64,000 nucleotides of DNA from assembly GCF_000189555.1 (NCBI RefSeq), contig NC_017276.1. One strand, 5' to 3'. The position numbers were made by a program, and so were the translations under genes. The stretch is from Saccharolobus islandicus REY15A (lineage in GTDB: Archaea > Thermoproteota > Thermoprotei_A > Sulfolobales > Sulfolobaceae). Of the stretch, positions 31,603 through 43,025 are shown in pieces. Numbering within the stretch: position 1 is the first letter of the stretch; each line of letters starts with the position of its first letter. The notes under the pieces are model-generated. The model was not told where the DNA came from. It did no database searches and was given only the letters and a program-made list of their open reading frames with translations.

Positions 31603-32313
31603 TCACCATTGTTTGTCTTTGAGTTGTCTAATCTTCACTAGTGGGCTTCTATATATTATATAAGGTCTCCATAAATAGGTTACTGGAAAGCTCCATACAT
31701 GAACTAATCTACTAAAAGGCCATATTATATAAAGGAACATTGAGACTGCTATATGAACTTTTAGTAATAAAGGAACGTCATTCATGAAATTCGGGTTAGG
31801 ATGAAGCGATAGTAAACCTTGTAACCACGGTCCTACAGTAGTTTCGTACTCTGGGTGCACTACTAATGTATTATATAGACCTAAGACTATAGTTACTATC
31901 AGAATTATATACACGAGATAATCAGTAAATCTTAATGTAGCTCTTACTCTAGGATTAGTAAGATATCTTGTGATTAATCCTATAATTCCTATTAGTGTAA
32001 TAGTTCCAAATATTCCTCCTAAATAAAATGCAAGTTCCGTGTGCAAAGTTAGCGATATACCTAGTGCGAGTAAGATTGCTGTCGGAATTGCTATTCCTAC
32101 TATATGCCCTATTAATACAATAATTATTCCATAATGAAAAAGATATGAGGACCACGATTGCATCCTTTTTTCTAATAACTCAGTAGATCTGGCGCTCCAA
32201 TAATATCTTCTTAATGTATATGTGTATACATGTCCAGTAAGAAAAATTGTAATCGATATATATGGATACACAACCCATAACAGCAGATTTAAGAGGTCAG
32301 ACATCTGGATCAC
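31603..32313 (-). CDS. narI: Respiratory nitrate reductase gamma subunit
   Basis: LFHYGII...GH and HI...PFSRLVHVW heme b ligands. Confidence 0.96.
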   Translation of the reverse strand: MIQMSDLLNLLLWVVYPYISITIFLTGHVYTYTLRRYYWSARSTELLEKRMQSWSSYLFHYGIIIVLIGHIVGIAIPTAILLALGISLTLHTELAFYLGGIFGTITLIGIIGLITRYLTNPRVRATLRFTDYLVYIILIVTIVLGLYNTLVVHPEYETTVGPWLQGLLSLHPNPNFMNDVPLLLKVHIAVSMFLYIIWPFSRLVHVWSFPVTYLWRPYIIYRSPLVKIRQLKDKQW

Positions 32314-32803
32314 CTAAATACAATTCTTTATATAATGAAACGAGAATATAATAAAAAATTGAATTCTTAGCTTTTAGGTTGATGGTTAACTCCTTCAATG
32401 GAAGCTTAATAAGTTCCAATATCTCTTTAGTATTCTCATTGGCATTATTTGCAATAAATCGGATTAGATTTGGCAGATAATCTGGTAGCTCTTTTTCAGT
32501 GTTGATATTAGCTAACTCTTTTAATTTTAATAATAATATCCCACGTTTATTATTTCCTCTTTGTTTTTCATCTCCCGTATAATAATATGTTATGTTTAAT
32601 GTTGTTTCTTTGCTAAAATCGAACGTACTGACATAAATTTCCTCCAAATCTATAGGTTCTATTGATTTAACCTCTTTGATGAATTCGGCCATGAAAGGAT
32701 CATTTATCTTGACTAATTTTGCCTCAAATTCACTTAATTTGGGAAGCCAATAAGCAGGATATTCAAGCAAATCCGCTATAATAACAAGAAGCCCCCTATT
32801 CAT
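32297..32803 (-). CDS. narJ: Nitrate reductase Mo-cofactor assembly chaperone
   Basis: YVSTFDF; ELPDYLP. Confidence 0.93.
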   Translation of the reverse strand: MNRGLLVIIADLLEYPAYWLPKLSEFEAKLVKINDPFMAEFIKEVKSIEPIDLEEIYVSTFDFSKETTLNITYYYTGDEKQRGNNKRGILLLKLKELANINTEKELPDYLPNLIRFIANNANENTKEILELIKLPLKELTINLKAKNSIFYYILVSLYKELYLGDPDV

Positions 32804-34290
32804 GCTCTCAACCTCAAATCTCTAGGCTTTTTAGCAGCAATTTCCATACCTCTATGCCCTTGCCCATATTCTGGAGTTATTTCCTCTTCAAACATCTTGA
32901 TTGCTTTTTCTTTATGTGCAGTTGGTATTACAAATCTATCCTCTATTTTTGCTATGGCTAGCACTTTATACATTTCTTCAAAATCTTTTTCAGTTAGGCT
33001 AGTTTCTTTGAATATCCATCCTGGGGGATTTTTATGTAATCTTATATATCTTTGGTAAATTCTTAGAGCCAACAATTTTTTCAAAACATTCTTAACCCTA
33101 TCAGCATCTCCAGCAGTAAATAGCGACGCTAAGTATTCTAGTGGAATTCTCATTTGATCCACTAACGGGAATATTTGTTCATCCGAAATCTTCATGTTTT
33201 CCACGATTGGGCTTAAAGGTGGGATATACCATACCATAGGCAGTGTTCTATATTCTGGATGTAACGGTAATGCAATTCTCCACACTTTCATCATTTTATA
33301 AACAGGCGTTCTTTGAGCTGCTTTTATGAAGTCCTCATCGATTCCATTTTCCTTAGCATTTTTTACGACATCTGGATCATAAGGATCTAAGATAATCTCA
33401 AGATGTCTATCAATAATTTCTTTAGGGTCTCCAGCAGAGGCAGCCCACAAAACTCTGTCAGCATCATAGAATACGGGACCAATGTATCTAATCCTACCGA
33501 CGCACTGTTGAAAACAAGCTGGCGGTTGTCCGTTCTCTATCCTTGGATAACACAGTATGCATTTTTCGGCTTTTCCAGTACTCCAATTATAATATACCTT
33601 TTTATATGGACAAGCTGCTATACAGAATCTCCAACCTCTACATTTCTGTTGATCTGTGAGCACTATCCCATCTTCTACTCTCTTATAAATAGCACCTGCA
33701 GGACAAGCCGCCATACATGAGGGGTTAAGACAATGGTTACATATTCTCGGCAAATACATCATGAAGGCATTCTCGAAATCGGTCTTTATTTTATCTTGCA
33801 GTTTCTTGACATTAGGATCTTGTAATATTATCTCCGTTCCTCCAGCCAGATCATCATTCCAGTTAGGACCCTTGTCTATTTCAATCGGTTTTTTAGAGAT
33901 TAACGAGATTGGCTTCGCTACTGGCTGTTTTCCATCATCTTGTTTTACTAAATCGCTATATGTATAAGTAAACGGCTCGTAATAGTCGTCAATTGTAGGT
34001 AAATAAGGATTAGAGAAGAGTTCCAGTAGCCTAGCTATCCTTCCTCCTATCGCTAACTTTAGTTTTCCATCTTTAGTTAATATCCATCCGCCATGCCATT
34101 TATCTTGATCCTCCCACTGATTCGGATATCCTGGACCTGGCTTAGTTTCAACGTTATTCCACCACATATACTCAGTACCTTCTCTATTAGTCCATAGATT
34201 CTTGCATGCAATGCTGCAAGCATGACATCCCAAGCATTTATCTAAATTAAATACCGCCGCAAATTGTACCATAACTTTCATGTTCTCCAC
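32800..34290 (-). CDS. narH: Respiratory nitrate reductase beta subunit
   Basis: CLGCHACSIAC; WWNNVETKPG; CNHCLNPSC; CRGWRFC; CILC. Confidence 0.97.
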   Translation of the reverse strand: MENMKVMVQFAAVFNLDKCLGCHACSIACKNLWTNREGTEYMWWNNVETKPGPGYPNQWEDQDKWHGGWILTKDGKLKLAIGGRIARLLELFSNPYLPTIDDYYEPFTYTYSDLVKQDDGKQPVAKPISLISKKPIEIDKGPNWNDDLAGGTEIILQDPNVKKLQDKIKTDFENAFMMYLPRICNHCLNPSCMAACPAGAIYKRVEDGIVLTDQQKCRGWRFCIAACPYKKVYYNWSTGKAEKCILCYPRIENGQPPACFQQCVGRIRYIGPVFYDADRVLWAASAGDPKEIIDRHLEIILDPYDPDVVKNAKENGIDEDFIKAAQRTPVYKMMKVWRIALPLHPEYRTLPMVWYIPPLSPIVENMKISDEQIFPLVDQMRIPLEYLASLFTAGDADRVKNVLKKLLALRIYQRYIRLHKNPPGWIFKETSLTEKDFEEMYKVLAIAKIEDRFVIPTAHKEKAIKMFEEEITPEYGQGHRGMEIAAKKPRDLRLRA

Positions 34291-37200
34291 CTCCTTACAG
34301 CTACTATTGTATCTCTTTGAGTACCAACTGCTCCATAATAATTAAGTGCATAGGAGAATTGAGCATATCCACCGATTAACCACGTTGGTTTTATGTGAAC
34401 CATAGTAACCGCATTATGGGAACCCCCAATGATTCCCCTCAATCTAGACTCATTTATATAGACTGTACGTTCTTGAGCATGATACATTATTGCTGTACCT
34501 CTGGGTATTCTATTACTAACTACTGCTCTAACTACAGTCACTCCATTTTCGTTAAACACTTCAACCCACTCATTATCTTTTATCCCCACGCTTCTTGCGT
34601 CCTCTTCATTTAACCAAATAGCTGGACCACCTCTGAATAGTGTTAACATTCTTAAATTATCCATAAAAGTACTATGAATTTGCCATTTTCCATGTGGAGT
34701 TAGATACCTCAGAACTAGGGTATCCTTATCTTTAATTACTTTGTTATACTCTAAAGGTGGTGCATAGATTGGTAGCTGTTCTCCTAATTCCCTTATAATC
34801 GGATGATCTAAGTAAAAATGTTGCCTTCCAGATAATGTCCTCCAAGGTACTTCATACTCTATATTAAACGTGAACGGATTATAAGTCCTTTCTCCTTTCA
34901 CTATTCCGGACTCGATAGGTGAGTCTATAACTCTTTTAGGTGAAGCTATTATATCGTCAAACTTAATCTTTATTTCGGATATTCCTTCATACAGATCGCT
35001 AAAGTTAAGACCCGTTTTCACTTCAAGTTGTTTATATTCTTTAACTGAAACCTCACCGTTAGTAGCCCCGCTTAATCTAAGTATTACTTCAGCCACTTTC
35101 TTAGCTTCCTTAATATCTGGTCTATCATCTATCTCTCCTAATTCTTCTTTCAATTCTTCGTATTCCTTACGATAATTAACGGGTATGCCGACATAAAGTA
35201 ATTCCTTATCTCTTATCAGAGGCCCCAATGAAATCATCATCTCGTAAACTTTAGTATAATCTCTTTCAATGACTATAAGATTCCCAAAGTTCCTCTTTGG
35301 GATTATCTTACTTGCAAGATGAGCTGAAATATAAGGAGGATCTAATTCCTCCTCAATTAAAGATTGTGAGATTTCATCTGGGGTATCGTGGAATAAAGGT
35401 AAATAGACGACATCCTTATGCTTTCCATTAAGATATCTCAATGCCATCTCTGAGAATTTCTTAGCTAAATTTACGAAAATATCCCAATCATTTCTAGCTT
35501 CCCAAGGAGGATCTATAGCTGGTTGAAATGGATGAACAAAAGTATGCATATCAGTAGAACTTATATCATATTTTTCATACCATGTTGCAGCTGGAAGCAC
35601 GATATCTGAATATAACGCACTACTATCCATTCTAAAGTTAAGATCGACTATTAGGTCAAGCTTTCCTATTGGTGTAGGTTCTCTCCAAGTAATTTCAGTC
35701 ACCTTATCTTTAGCATCTTCAGTATTACTCACACTGTTATGAGTACCTAATAAGTGCTTTAGAATGTATTCGCTTCCTTTTCCACTAGAAAACAGTAAAT
35801 TTGCTCTCCAAATGAAAAGTATTCTCGGGAAATTAATTGGATTATCTGGGTCAGTTATTGCAAACCTCACTTCACCGGATGAAATCTTATCGATAACATT
35901 TTCTGGAGAGAGATTTAGAGGATTTTTATCAAACTGTGGATAGAATGGCGTCCAACCTCTTTTTACTGCTAACACTATGTAATCTGCTGGATGTTTATAC
36001 AATGTGTTATTAGGAGTTAATTTATCTAACGTTAAGCTACCATATTTCCATTGATCAGAATGAATGTATATCCAAGTAGTAGTGTTTTGAAATCTTGTAG
36101 CAGGCATCCAATCTCTTGCAAAAGCAATTGTTTGCCACCCCTCAAAAGGTCTAACTTTTTCTTGACCAACATAATGTGCCCATCCCCCGCCATTAACTCC
36201 AATCGCACCTATTAGCATTAAAATAGTTATTATAGCCCTATAGATTAGGTCACTGTTAAACCAGTGATTAACGCCAGCTCCAACTAATATCATGGATTTA
36301 CCGTTAGTATCTTCCGCATTCTTGGCGAATTCTCTAGCTACTTGTATTACTAGATCCCTTGGGACTCCCGTTATTTTCTCTTGCCAAGCAGGAGTATAAG
36401 GCTTATCATCGTCATAACTAGTTGGATACCCTTTCAGATCTCCTCTTTTAATACCTAAATTGGCTAATAATAAATCAAATACTGTTGTAACGTAAATTTG
36501 TTTACCATTAGCTAATTTTACTAGTTTGACAGGGATTTCCCTTTCTATAAATCCTTTCTCATCAAGTCTAGTGAGAGATATCATCATCCTTTGATCTTCT
36601 ATCCCTAGAAATGTTAAAGCTGGTTCTATATTTTCTCCCGTTAAGCTATCTTGTAGTTTTAGATTCCATTTCTTTTCGTCTGACCATCTAAACCCTATAG
36701 ATCCATGTGGAATTACGAATCTCCCCTTTAATGTATCATATACTACTAACTTCCATTCTCCATTTATTACGTTTTCAATAATATCAGATGCTCTAAGAAA
36801 TCTTCCAGGTATAACTCTTCCATTTTGTTGTTCCAATATTACTAAAAATGGAGCATCGGTATACTTCTTTAAATATTCTGTAAAGTACTTCACTTGCCTA
36901 TCAACATGGAACTCTTTAGCTATTACATGCGCCATAGCTAAAGCTAGTGCTCCGTCAGTACCAGGTTTAGGATGTAGCCATAAGTCTGCAAATTTTACAT
37001 ATTCCGCATAATCCGGAGAAATCGCAACTACCTTAGTTCCTCTATATCTTACTTCGGAGAGAAAATGAGCATCTGGTGTTCTTGTTTGAGGAATGTTAGT
37101 GCCCCAATCTATTATATAGGTAGAGTTAAACCAATCAGCACTTTCTGGAACATCAGTTTGTTCACCCCATACTTGAGGAGAAGCTATAGGTAAATCCGCA

Positions 37201-37805
37201 TACCAGTCATAGAAACTCATTATTACTCCTCCTATTAATGATAAAAATCTAGTTCCTGCAGCATAACTAACCATTGACATGGCAGGTATTGGTGTAAAAC
37301 CAGCAATCCTATCTGGTCCGTATTTTTTAATCGTATATATTAACGCAGCAGAAACTAACTCCTCGACTTCATCCCAACTAATTCTAACGAATCCACCTTT
37401 ACCTCTATTCTCCTTATAGAGCTTGACCTTTTCCGGATCTTCGACTATATTTTCCCAAGCTTTGATAGGATCTTTTGTCTTCTCTAATTCTTCTCTCCAT
37501 AACTTAAGTAGTTGCTTACGAATGTAAGGATGTTTTATTCTATGAGGTGCATATTCATACCAGGAAAAGCTGGCTCCTCTAGGACATCCTCTAGGTTCAT
37601 AAGGTGGAATTTCCTCATTTATAGTAGGATAATCTAGTGCTTGCATTTCTGTAATTATAATACCATCTTTTACATATATCAGCCAACTGCAAGACCCCGT
37701 ACAGTTAACGCCATGTGTAGATCTAATTGCCTTTGCATAAGCCCATCTTTGCCTGTAAAACTCTTCCCATTCACGTCCTTTATTTTCAAATTTTTGCCAT
37801 GTCAT
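34278..37805 (-). CDS. narG: Respiratory nitrate reductase alpha subunit
   Basis: RSTHGVNCTGSC; EPRGCPRGAS; SFYDWYADLP; no TAT signal. Confidence 0.97.
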   Translation of the reverse strand: MTWQKFENKGREWEEFYRQRWAYAKAIRSTHGVNCTGSCSWLIYVKDGIIITEMQALDYPTINEEIPPYEPRGCPRGASFSWYEYAPHRIKHPYIRKQLLKLWREELEKTKDPIKAWENIVEDPEKVKLYKENRGKGGFVRISWDEVEELVSAALIYTIKKYGPDRIAGFTPIPAMSMVSYAAGTRFLSLIGGVIMSFYDWYADLPIASPQVWGEQTDVPESADWFNSTYIIDWGTNIPQTRTPDAHFLSEVRYRGTKVVAISPDYAEYVKFADLWLHPKPGTDGALALAMAHVIAKEFHVDRQVKYFTEYLKKYTDAPFLVILEQQNGRVIPGRFLRASDIIENVINGEWKLVVYDTLKGRFVIPHGSIGFRWSDEKKWNLKLQDSLTGENIEPALTFLGIEDQRMMISLTRLDEKGFIEREIPVKLVKLANGKQIYVTTVFDLLLANLGIKRGDLKGYPTSYDDDKPYTPAWQEKITGVPRDLVIQVAREFAKNAEDTNGKSMILVGAGVNHWFNSDLIYRAIITILMLIGAIGVNGGGWAHYVGQEKVRPFEGWQTIAFARDWMPATRFQNTTTWIYIHSDQWKYGSLTLDKLTPNNTLYKHPADYIVLAVKRGWTPFYPQFDKNPLNLSPENVIDKISSGEVRFAITDPDNPINFPRILFIWRANLLFSSGKGSEYILKHLLGTHNSVSNTEDAKDKVTEITWREPTPIGKLDLIVDLNFRMDSSALYSDIVLPAATWYEKYDISSTDMHTFVHPFQPAIDPPWEARNDWDIFVNLAKKFSEMALRYLNGKHKDVVYLPLFHDTPDEISQSLIEEELDPPYISAHLASKIIPKRNFGNLIVIERDYTKVYEMMISLGPLIRDKELLYVGIPVNYRKEYEELKEELGEIDDRPDIKEAKKVAEVILRLSGATNGEVSVKEYKQLEVKTGLNFSDLYEGISEIKIKFDDIIASPKRVIDSPIESGIVKGERTYNPFTFNIEYEVPWRTLSGRQHFYLDHPIIRELGEQLPIYAPPLEYNKVIKDKDTLVLRYLTPHGKWQIHSTFMDNLRMLTLFRGGPAIWLNEEDARSVGIKDNEWVEVFNENGVTVVRAVVSNRIPRGTAIMYHAQERTVYINESRLRGIIGGSHNAVTMVHIKPTWLIGGYAQFSYALNYYGAVGTQRDTIVAVRRWRT

Positions 37806-37811
37806 TTTTAT

Positions 37812-39137
37812 TCACCTAGCTTTTTCTATATTTTCTTTCTTTAGTTCTGGCGATATTTCATGCTTATATTTGCCATATTTATAAAATAGGAATATTGAGA
37901 ATCCGATAGAAATTATACCAAATATAGTATATACAATAAATCCAAGTGCAAAACCAATTTTCCCGAAAATTGTCACAACATAAGCTAACGCAGGTGGAAT
38001 AAATAAGCCTCCAGCAGAGCCTAAACCCCCTACTAAACCAGATGCTCCACCAACAGCATTTTTTGCATATTTAGGTAGTAATTTAAAGACTGCAGCATTA
38101 GCAATTCCCATACCAATAGCCATAACTATTTCTCCTATAGTACTTAAAATTAGATATCGAGAGAATATCATTATCAGACTTCCAAATGTAAGAATTCCAT
38201 ACGAAATAATAGCTATTTTTTCACCACCATATCTATCTGACCAAAATCCCCCTGGAACTCTAAACAATGCTGTTAGTAATGAATAAACTATTCCAGTTAG
38301 TATTCCAGCTTCAGTTATAGTGACACCTATGAATTCAGTCCAATATGTAGGAAGCCACTCAGTTAAAGCCTCAAATCCACCAAAACTAATAAAATATAAT
38401 ATTACTAATAACCAAACCTGCCATAATCTTGCCGCATTCTTTAATGTTTCTTTTGCACTAGTAGGAAAGATTTCTTGCCCAAATTCTTGAGAAATACGTT
38501 TAGCCTCAGTATCCGAATAACCCTTCTTAAGCAGTTGTTGATAATAGTTATCACTACTTACAAAAAGGAATATTATAGTTACTACTATTAAGAACAGCCA
38601 CCAGCCTAAATACGCACCTATTAGGCCGAGAGTTATTAAAGCATAAGGTATAATCGCGGTAAAAATGCCTGGCGCAGTATTCCCGAAACCTGCATAAATT
38701 CCTAAAGCAGTTCCTTGCTCACGTTTAGGATACCAGTAAGATACATAAGTTATTCCAGAAGAAAATATTGAAATACCTGTCCCAGCTAATGCGCCAAATG
38801 ATAACAATAATTTATAAGCCAAAGAACTCGATAAAGATGCAATATTTTGTAATGTCAAAATTATTCCTGTTACTCCTATAATTGAAATAAACAGTTGTAA
38901 CAATATTACTCTTTTACCTCCCCATGTGTCTACTAAAGCTGAAAAAGGTATTCTAAGAAAAGCTCCAGTTACTAATGGGATCGCTACCAGCCAACCTACT
39001 TCCATAACACTTAAATGTAGAATGAATGCTAACTTATGAACCGTAATACCATATAAGGCTACAGCGGCAAAACCTGCAAAAAAAGCAATTGTAGCAGAGA
39101 GAAGTCCTATCCTTTTGTTACCTTTTACGTAAGCCAT
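37812..39137 (-). CDS. narK: Nitrate/nitrite MFS transporter
   Basis: LRIP; YPKREQGTALG; RVPGG nitrate-signature Arg residues. Confidence 0.93.
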   Translation of the reverse strand: MAYVKGNKRIGLLSATIAFFAGFAAVALYGITVHKLAFILHLSVMEVGWLVAIPLVTGAFLRIPFSALVDTWGGKRVILLQLFISIIGVTGIILTLQNIASLSSSLAYKLLLSFGALAGTGISIFSSGITYVSYWYPKREQGTALGIYAGFGNTAPGIFTAIIPYALITLGLIGAYLGWWLFLIVVTIIFLFVSSDNYYQQLLKKGYSDTEAKRISQEFGQEIFPTSAKETLKNAARLWQVWLLVILYFISFGGFEALTEWLPTYWTEFIGVTITEAGILTGIVYSLLTALFRVPGGFWSDRYGGEKIAIISYGILTFGSLIMIFSRYLILSTIGEIVMAIGMGIANAAVFKLLPKYAKNAVGGASGLVGGLGSAGGLFIPPALAYVVTIFGKIGFALGFIVYTIFGIISIGFSIFLFYKYGKYKHEISPELKKENIEKAR

Positions 39138-39437
39138 TATCCCACAAGCAATAATCCTCTATAAGAATATATTAACAAAGTGCCTAATAATTTAGGGATA
39201 CATTTAAAAACATTGACGTACTATTTTGGATAATAAATATTATGTATTGTATATGACATAAAAAAGGTATAATGTATATTAATATCCAGAGTGTTTGATA
39301 TTTGTATGAACTTTCTCATATATATATATAAAAAAATGAACATATTTATACAATCCTCTAGGATCATGAACCCATTTGATTTCTAAGGAAAATGAGAGTT
39401 CATTAATGAAAGACTATATTTTAGTACTCTAAGATCC

Positions 39438-39926
39438 TTGTTCTACATAATTCCTTTTATCAAATGTTGGACTAGTGAGATGCAATGTAGATGGTTAGCT
39501 ATCAGTGTAAAAACATTTGATAGTGAGGAGAAACCAGTCATAAAAGAAGCGGGGAAATTAGTAATAACTAAGCCTATACCTTCGATGCCGATTTATTTTT
39601 GGGGAGATGAAAACTATAAGTGGTATAAGGAGAGTTACTTTAGCTTATTCCCTAATGTATGGTGGCACGGAGATTGGATAATGATAACAGATAGGGGTAC
39701 TGCAATAATCTACGGTAGATCTGATTCCACGATAAAAAGGAAAGGAGTTAGAATGGGTACCTTAGATATATACAAGGTAGTTGAATCAATTCCAGAAGTT
39801 CAGAATAGCATGGCAATCGAAGCTTATGATAACCTTATATTGTACGTGGTACTTAAGGGAAATTTAACTCTTGACGAATCACTTAAACAAAAGATTAAAG
39901 ATAAAATGAGACAAAAAAGTATTTGA
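39438..39926 (+). pseudogene. Internal/C-terminal fragment of an acetoacetyl-CoA synthetase
   Basis: MPIYFWGD; VWWHGDW; GRSDSTI; no N-terminal half. Confidence 0.8.
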
Positions 39927-40254
39927 AGGATACTGGCTCAAGACGGGTGATTTAGTTACCGTGGATGAGAGAGGTCTACTTTACTTCAGAGGGGTTAAGA
40001 AGAGGATGTTAAAGTATAAGGGATATCCCATATTCCCTAGGGATCTTGAAGACATATTAAAAACACACGATATGGTTATAGACGCTAAAGTACTAGGGGA
40101 GGATGAGGGCAATTTAGGGCAGAAACCAGTAGCTTATGTAATAGTTAAGGAAAGAAGGAGTGGTTTAGAAGAAGAGCTATTAAATTTCATTAATTCTAAG
40201 GTAGCATTTTATAAGAAACTTAAAAAAGTATATATTGTAGATAAATTACCGTAA
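39920..40254 (+). pseudogene. C-terminal fragment of an acyl-CoA ligase
   Basis: WLKTGDL...YFRGVKKRMLKYKG...LP; a different paralog from the preceding fragment. Confidence 0.75.
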
Positions 40255-40265
40255 GGGAGATTCCA

Positions 40266-40664
40266 ATGAGCGTAACACAGCAAGATCTCATAACTTACAT
40301 AGAATCCCATCCTATGTCTAAACTCTTAGAGCTAAAAGTTGAAGAAATAATAGAGGAACGTGTAGTGGTTAGGTTCCCATTTAAAGAATTAATAAGCATT
40401 CCTGGCGATATGGTTCATGGAGGAATTTCTATGTACGTTTTAGATACAGTTTGCTGGTCAGTTGCGAGACTAGTTTCAGATACCCAAGTTTTAACGTTGG
40501 AGTTAAAGTTTTCTTTTCTAGAACCTTTAAAGGGAAAAGATTTTAAAGTAATAGGTAAGATTTTAAAGAAAGGTAAGAGGACTATATTTGCAGAAGGCGA
40601 AATTTATAATGATAAAGGGAAGCTCTGTGTTAAGGCCTTAGGAACTTTTATGAAAGTAAGTTGA
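40266..40664 (+). CDS. PaaI-family thioesterase
   Basis: MVHGGISMYVLD. Confidence 0.88.
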   Translation: MSVTQQDLITYIESHPMSKLLELKVEEIIEERVVVRFPFKELISIPGDMVHGGISMYVLDTVCWSVARLVSDTQVLTLELKFSFLEPLKGKDFKVIGKILKKGKRTIFAEGEIYNDKGKLCVKALGTFMKVS

Positions 40665-40707
40665 GTATGTTTTATTTATTAGTAGTTATTGGATTTTCCG
40701 TTGAATA

Positions 40708-41610
40708 TTATTTTTTACCGAGATGTTGTAGGAAGAAATCCCTTGCTATCTTACTAGACCTTTCAAATTCCTTAACATACGCATCGAAATGTCCTCCAGG
40801 AAGTATTTCTAACTCCTTAGGTGGTAAAGCTCTCTCATAAGCTTCTAAAGCTAAATCCGTAGGTGTCAAAACGTCATTTTGAGCTACTATTAACATTATG
40901 GGTTTTGGACTAACACCTCTAATGAAATTTATGGGCTCATACATGGATAGATATTCTACGCTCCTTAAGGTTACATCATTTTTCCAATTTGGAGCTCTTT
41001 TCTTGCCAGTCTCCGTAAACCATTCATAAGCATCTGCAGTAGGTAAAGCACACATTTCAGGAGGACTTTTGCAAACAACTGGAATAGTTAAGGGTTTCTC
41101 GCCCTTCATTCTCCTCTCATAATCCTCTGCAAACATAGCCCTTAATTGGAGTATCATGTCGGATCTAACGAGTCTCCTTAAATTTTCTGAACCGCTAACT
41201 AAAGGAACTTGCGCAACTATAGCCTTAACTCTACTATCTAAAGAGCCTACTACTATCACATGCCCTCCACTATAACTTGTTCCCAATATTCCTATCCTTT
41301 CTGGATCTACTTCGGATCTTAATCTAACATAGGATATGGCATATCTATAATCCTTAACCTGTTCCAGGGATCTATTTCTTGCCTAGGCTCTCCTTCACTT
41401 TCCCCAAAATTCCTATTATCGTAAACTAGGACTACGAAACCTGCTTTAGCGAAAACTTCAGCAAAACTATCAAGGTACATTTCTTTAACTGCAGAGAAAC
41501 CATGAGCCATGACTATTGCTGGGAACTTTTCAGATCCTTCAGGAAGATAAAGCCAGCCCTTTAATTTAACTCCTTCAGAATAAAATTCTACGTTTAATCT
41601 CTTGAAGTTA
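40708..41610 (-). pseudogene. Alpha/beta hydrolase, frameshifted, start removed by IS630
   Basis: HGFSA; GTSYSGG nucleophile elbow; ND; GGHF; frameshift near 41320. Confidence 0.85.
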
Positions 41611-42786
41611 TAGTCTTTTTCATAATATCTGCAACGGGGGGCTAAAAGGGAGTTAAATCTAGTGTTAGTAATGGGGAGCTGTTGGGCTGAGCGTGTTAAG
41701 GACCTTAAAAAGGGAGATAAGGAAGCTAATCAGCAAGAAGCCCAAGGGTTTAAACGAGACAAAAGCTAGGGCAATACTACTACACTTGGAGGGAATGAAA
41801 ATTAACGAAATAGCAAAAATACTACAAGTACACCCAAGCACGGTTTATAGATGGGTAAAAGAATTCGAAAAGGAAGGAGAGAAATGCCTATTCTACAAGC
41901 AGAGAAAAGGAAGGAACAAGAAAATAAACGAGAGGGAAATAAAGGTAGAAGAACTACAAGGAAAAACCATATGGGAAGCAAAGGCCTACATAGAAGAAAA
42001 GTTTAACGTGAAGATAAGCTACGTAACAGCTTGGAGAATAGCGAGAAAGAGGTTGAAAATTCCCTACATAAAACCATACAAGATCGACAAGAAGAGGCCA
42101 ATAGATGCCGACAATATACTTAGGGAGAGGTTGAGGGGTGTTATTAAGAAGGGTGTAAAAGTGTTTTTCATGGATGAGTGTGGTATTCGTCATGATCCCT
42201 CTAGGGTTAGGAGGTTGGGTTTATATATTGTTAAGGCTGATTATCCAAGTGTTAATGTTCTAGCTTGTATTCCCTTGTTTGATGGTAAGCCTTGTTTTAT
42301 GCTCACTTATTCCAATGTTGATTCTAGGGTTTTCGCTAATTTTCTTTACTTGCTTAGGGTTGGGAATTCTGGCAACATCGTGTTGATAATGCTAAGTTTC
42401 ACAAGTCTTCTTATGTTCTCGCTATTGCTTCTAGGCTTAACTTTGCTTTTCTTGCCTCCCTATTCTCCGGATTTAAACCCAATTGGGTTGGTTTGGAAGG
42501 ACTTGAAGCGTTAGGTTAATACTTATTATCACTCGTGTTATGCTCTAGAGTTTATTGAGGATGAGTTCTATTATTAGGTTTCTAAGGGTAATTATACTAG
42601 GTATTGGATTAAGAAGTTTCATGACGTGCTTGAGGAAGGTATAAGTATGGGAAAATTTTTCTCATATTTGATTTATTATCCGTTAGCAAGTTTTATCTCA
42701 CAATAATACAAGCTTTTCTAAATGTTTTTCTATATTTTGTATTGAGGGAAGCTAAAAGTCTGTTGCAGCTATTATGAAAAAGACTA
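41611..42786 (+). mobile_element. IS630-family element copy 1 (transposase frameshifted; 82-bp 5' deletion)
   Basis: TIR TAGTCTTTTTCATAAT..TGCAAC at both ends; TA on both flanks; FMDE and PPYSPDLNPI. Confidence 0.93.
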
Positions 42787-43025
42787 TAATACTTTCAGTA
42801 TATCATCAGCTACATCATCAGAATGTGGAGACTCAATATAGTCCAAGCTAAAGAGAGTATAATTTATAGTAGCAATTATGAGGTTTTTAGTTAAGTATTG
42901 CTTAAATCAAGGCGAAATCTAATAAATTATTTAGTTCAATACTAATACTATCAAATAGATGTACTTTCTATGTAATAAACGTTTTGGTAAAAATTTATTA
43001 CACAATATATTTCATTTATTAATCA

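Noticed and set aside
39260-39440. FNR-like or bacterial sigma70 promoter for narK
   Set aside because: No TTGAT-N4-ATCAA, and the -35/-10 spacing of the nearby hexamers is wrong; an archaeal TATA-like motif lies about 33 nt upstream of narK.
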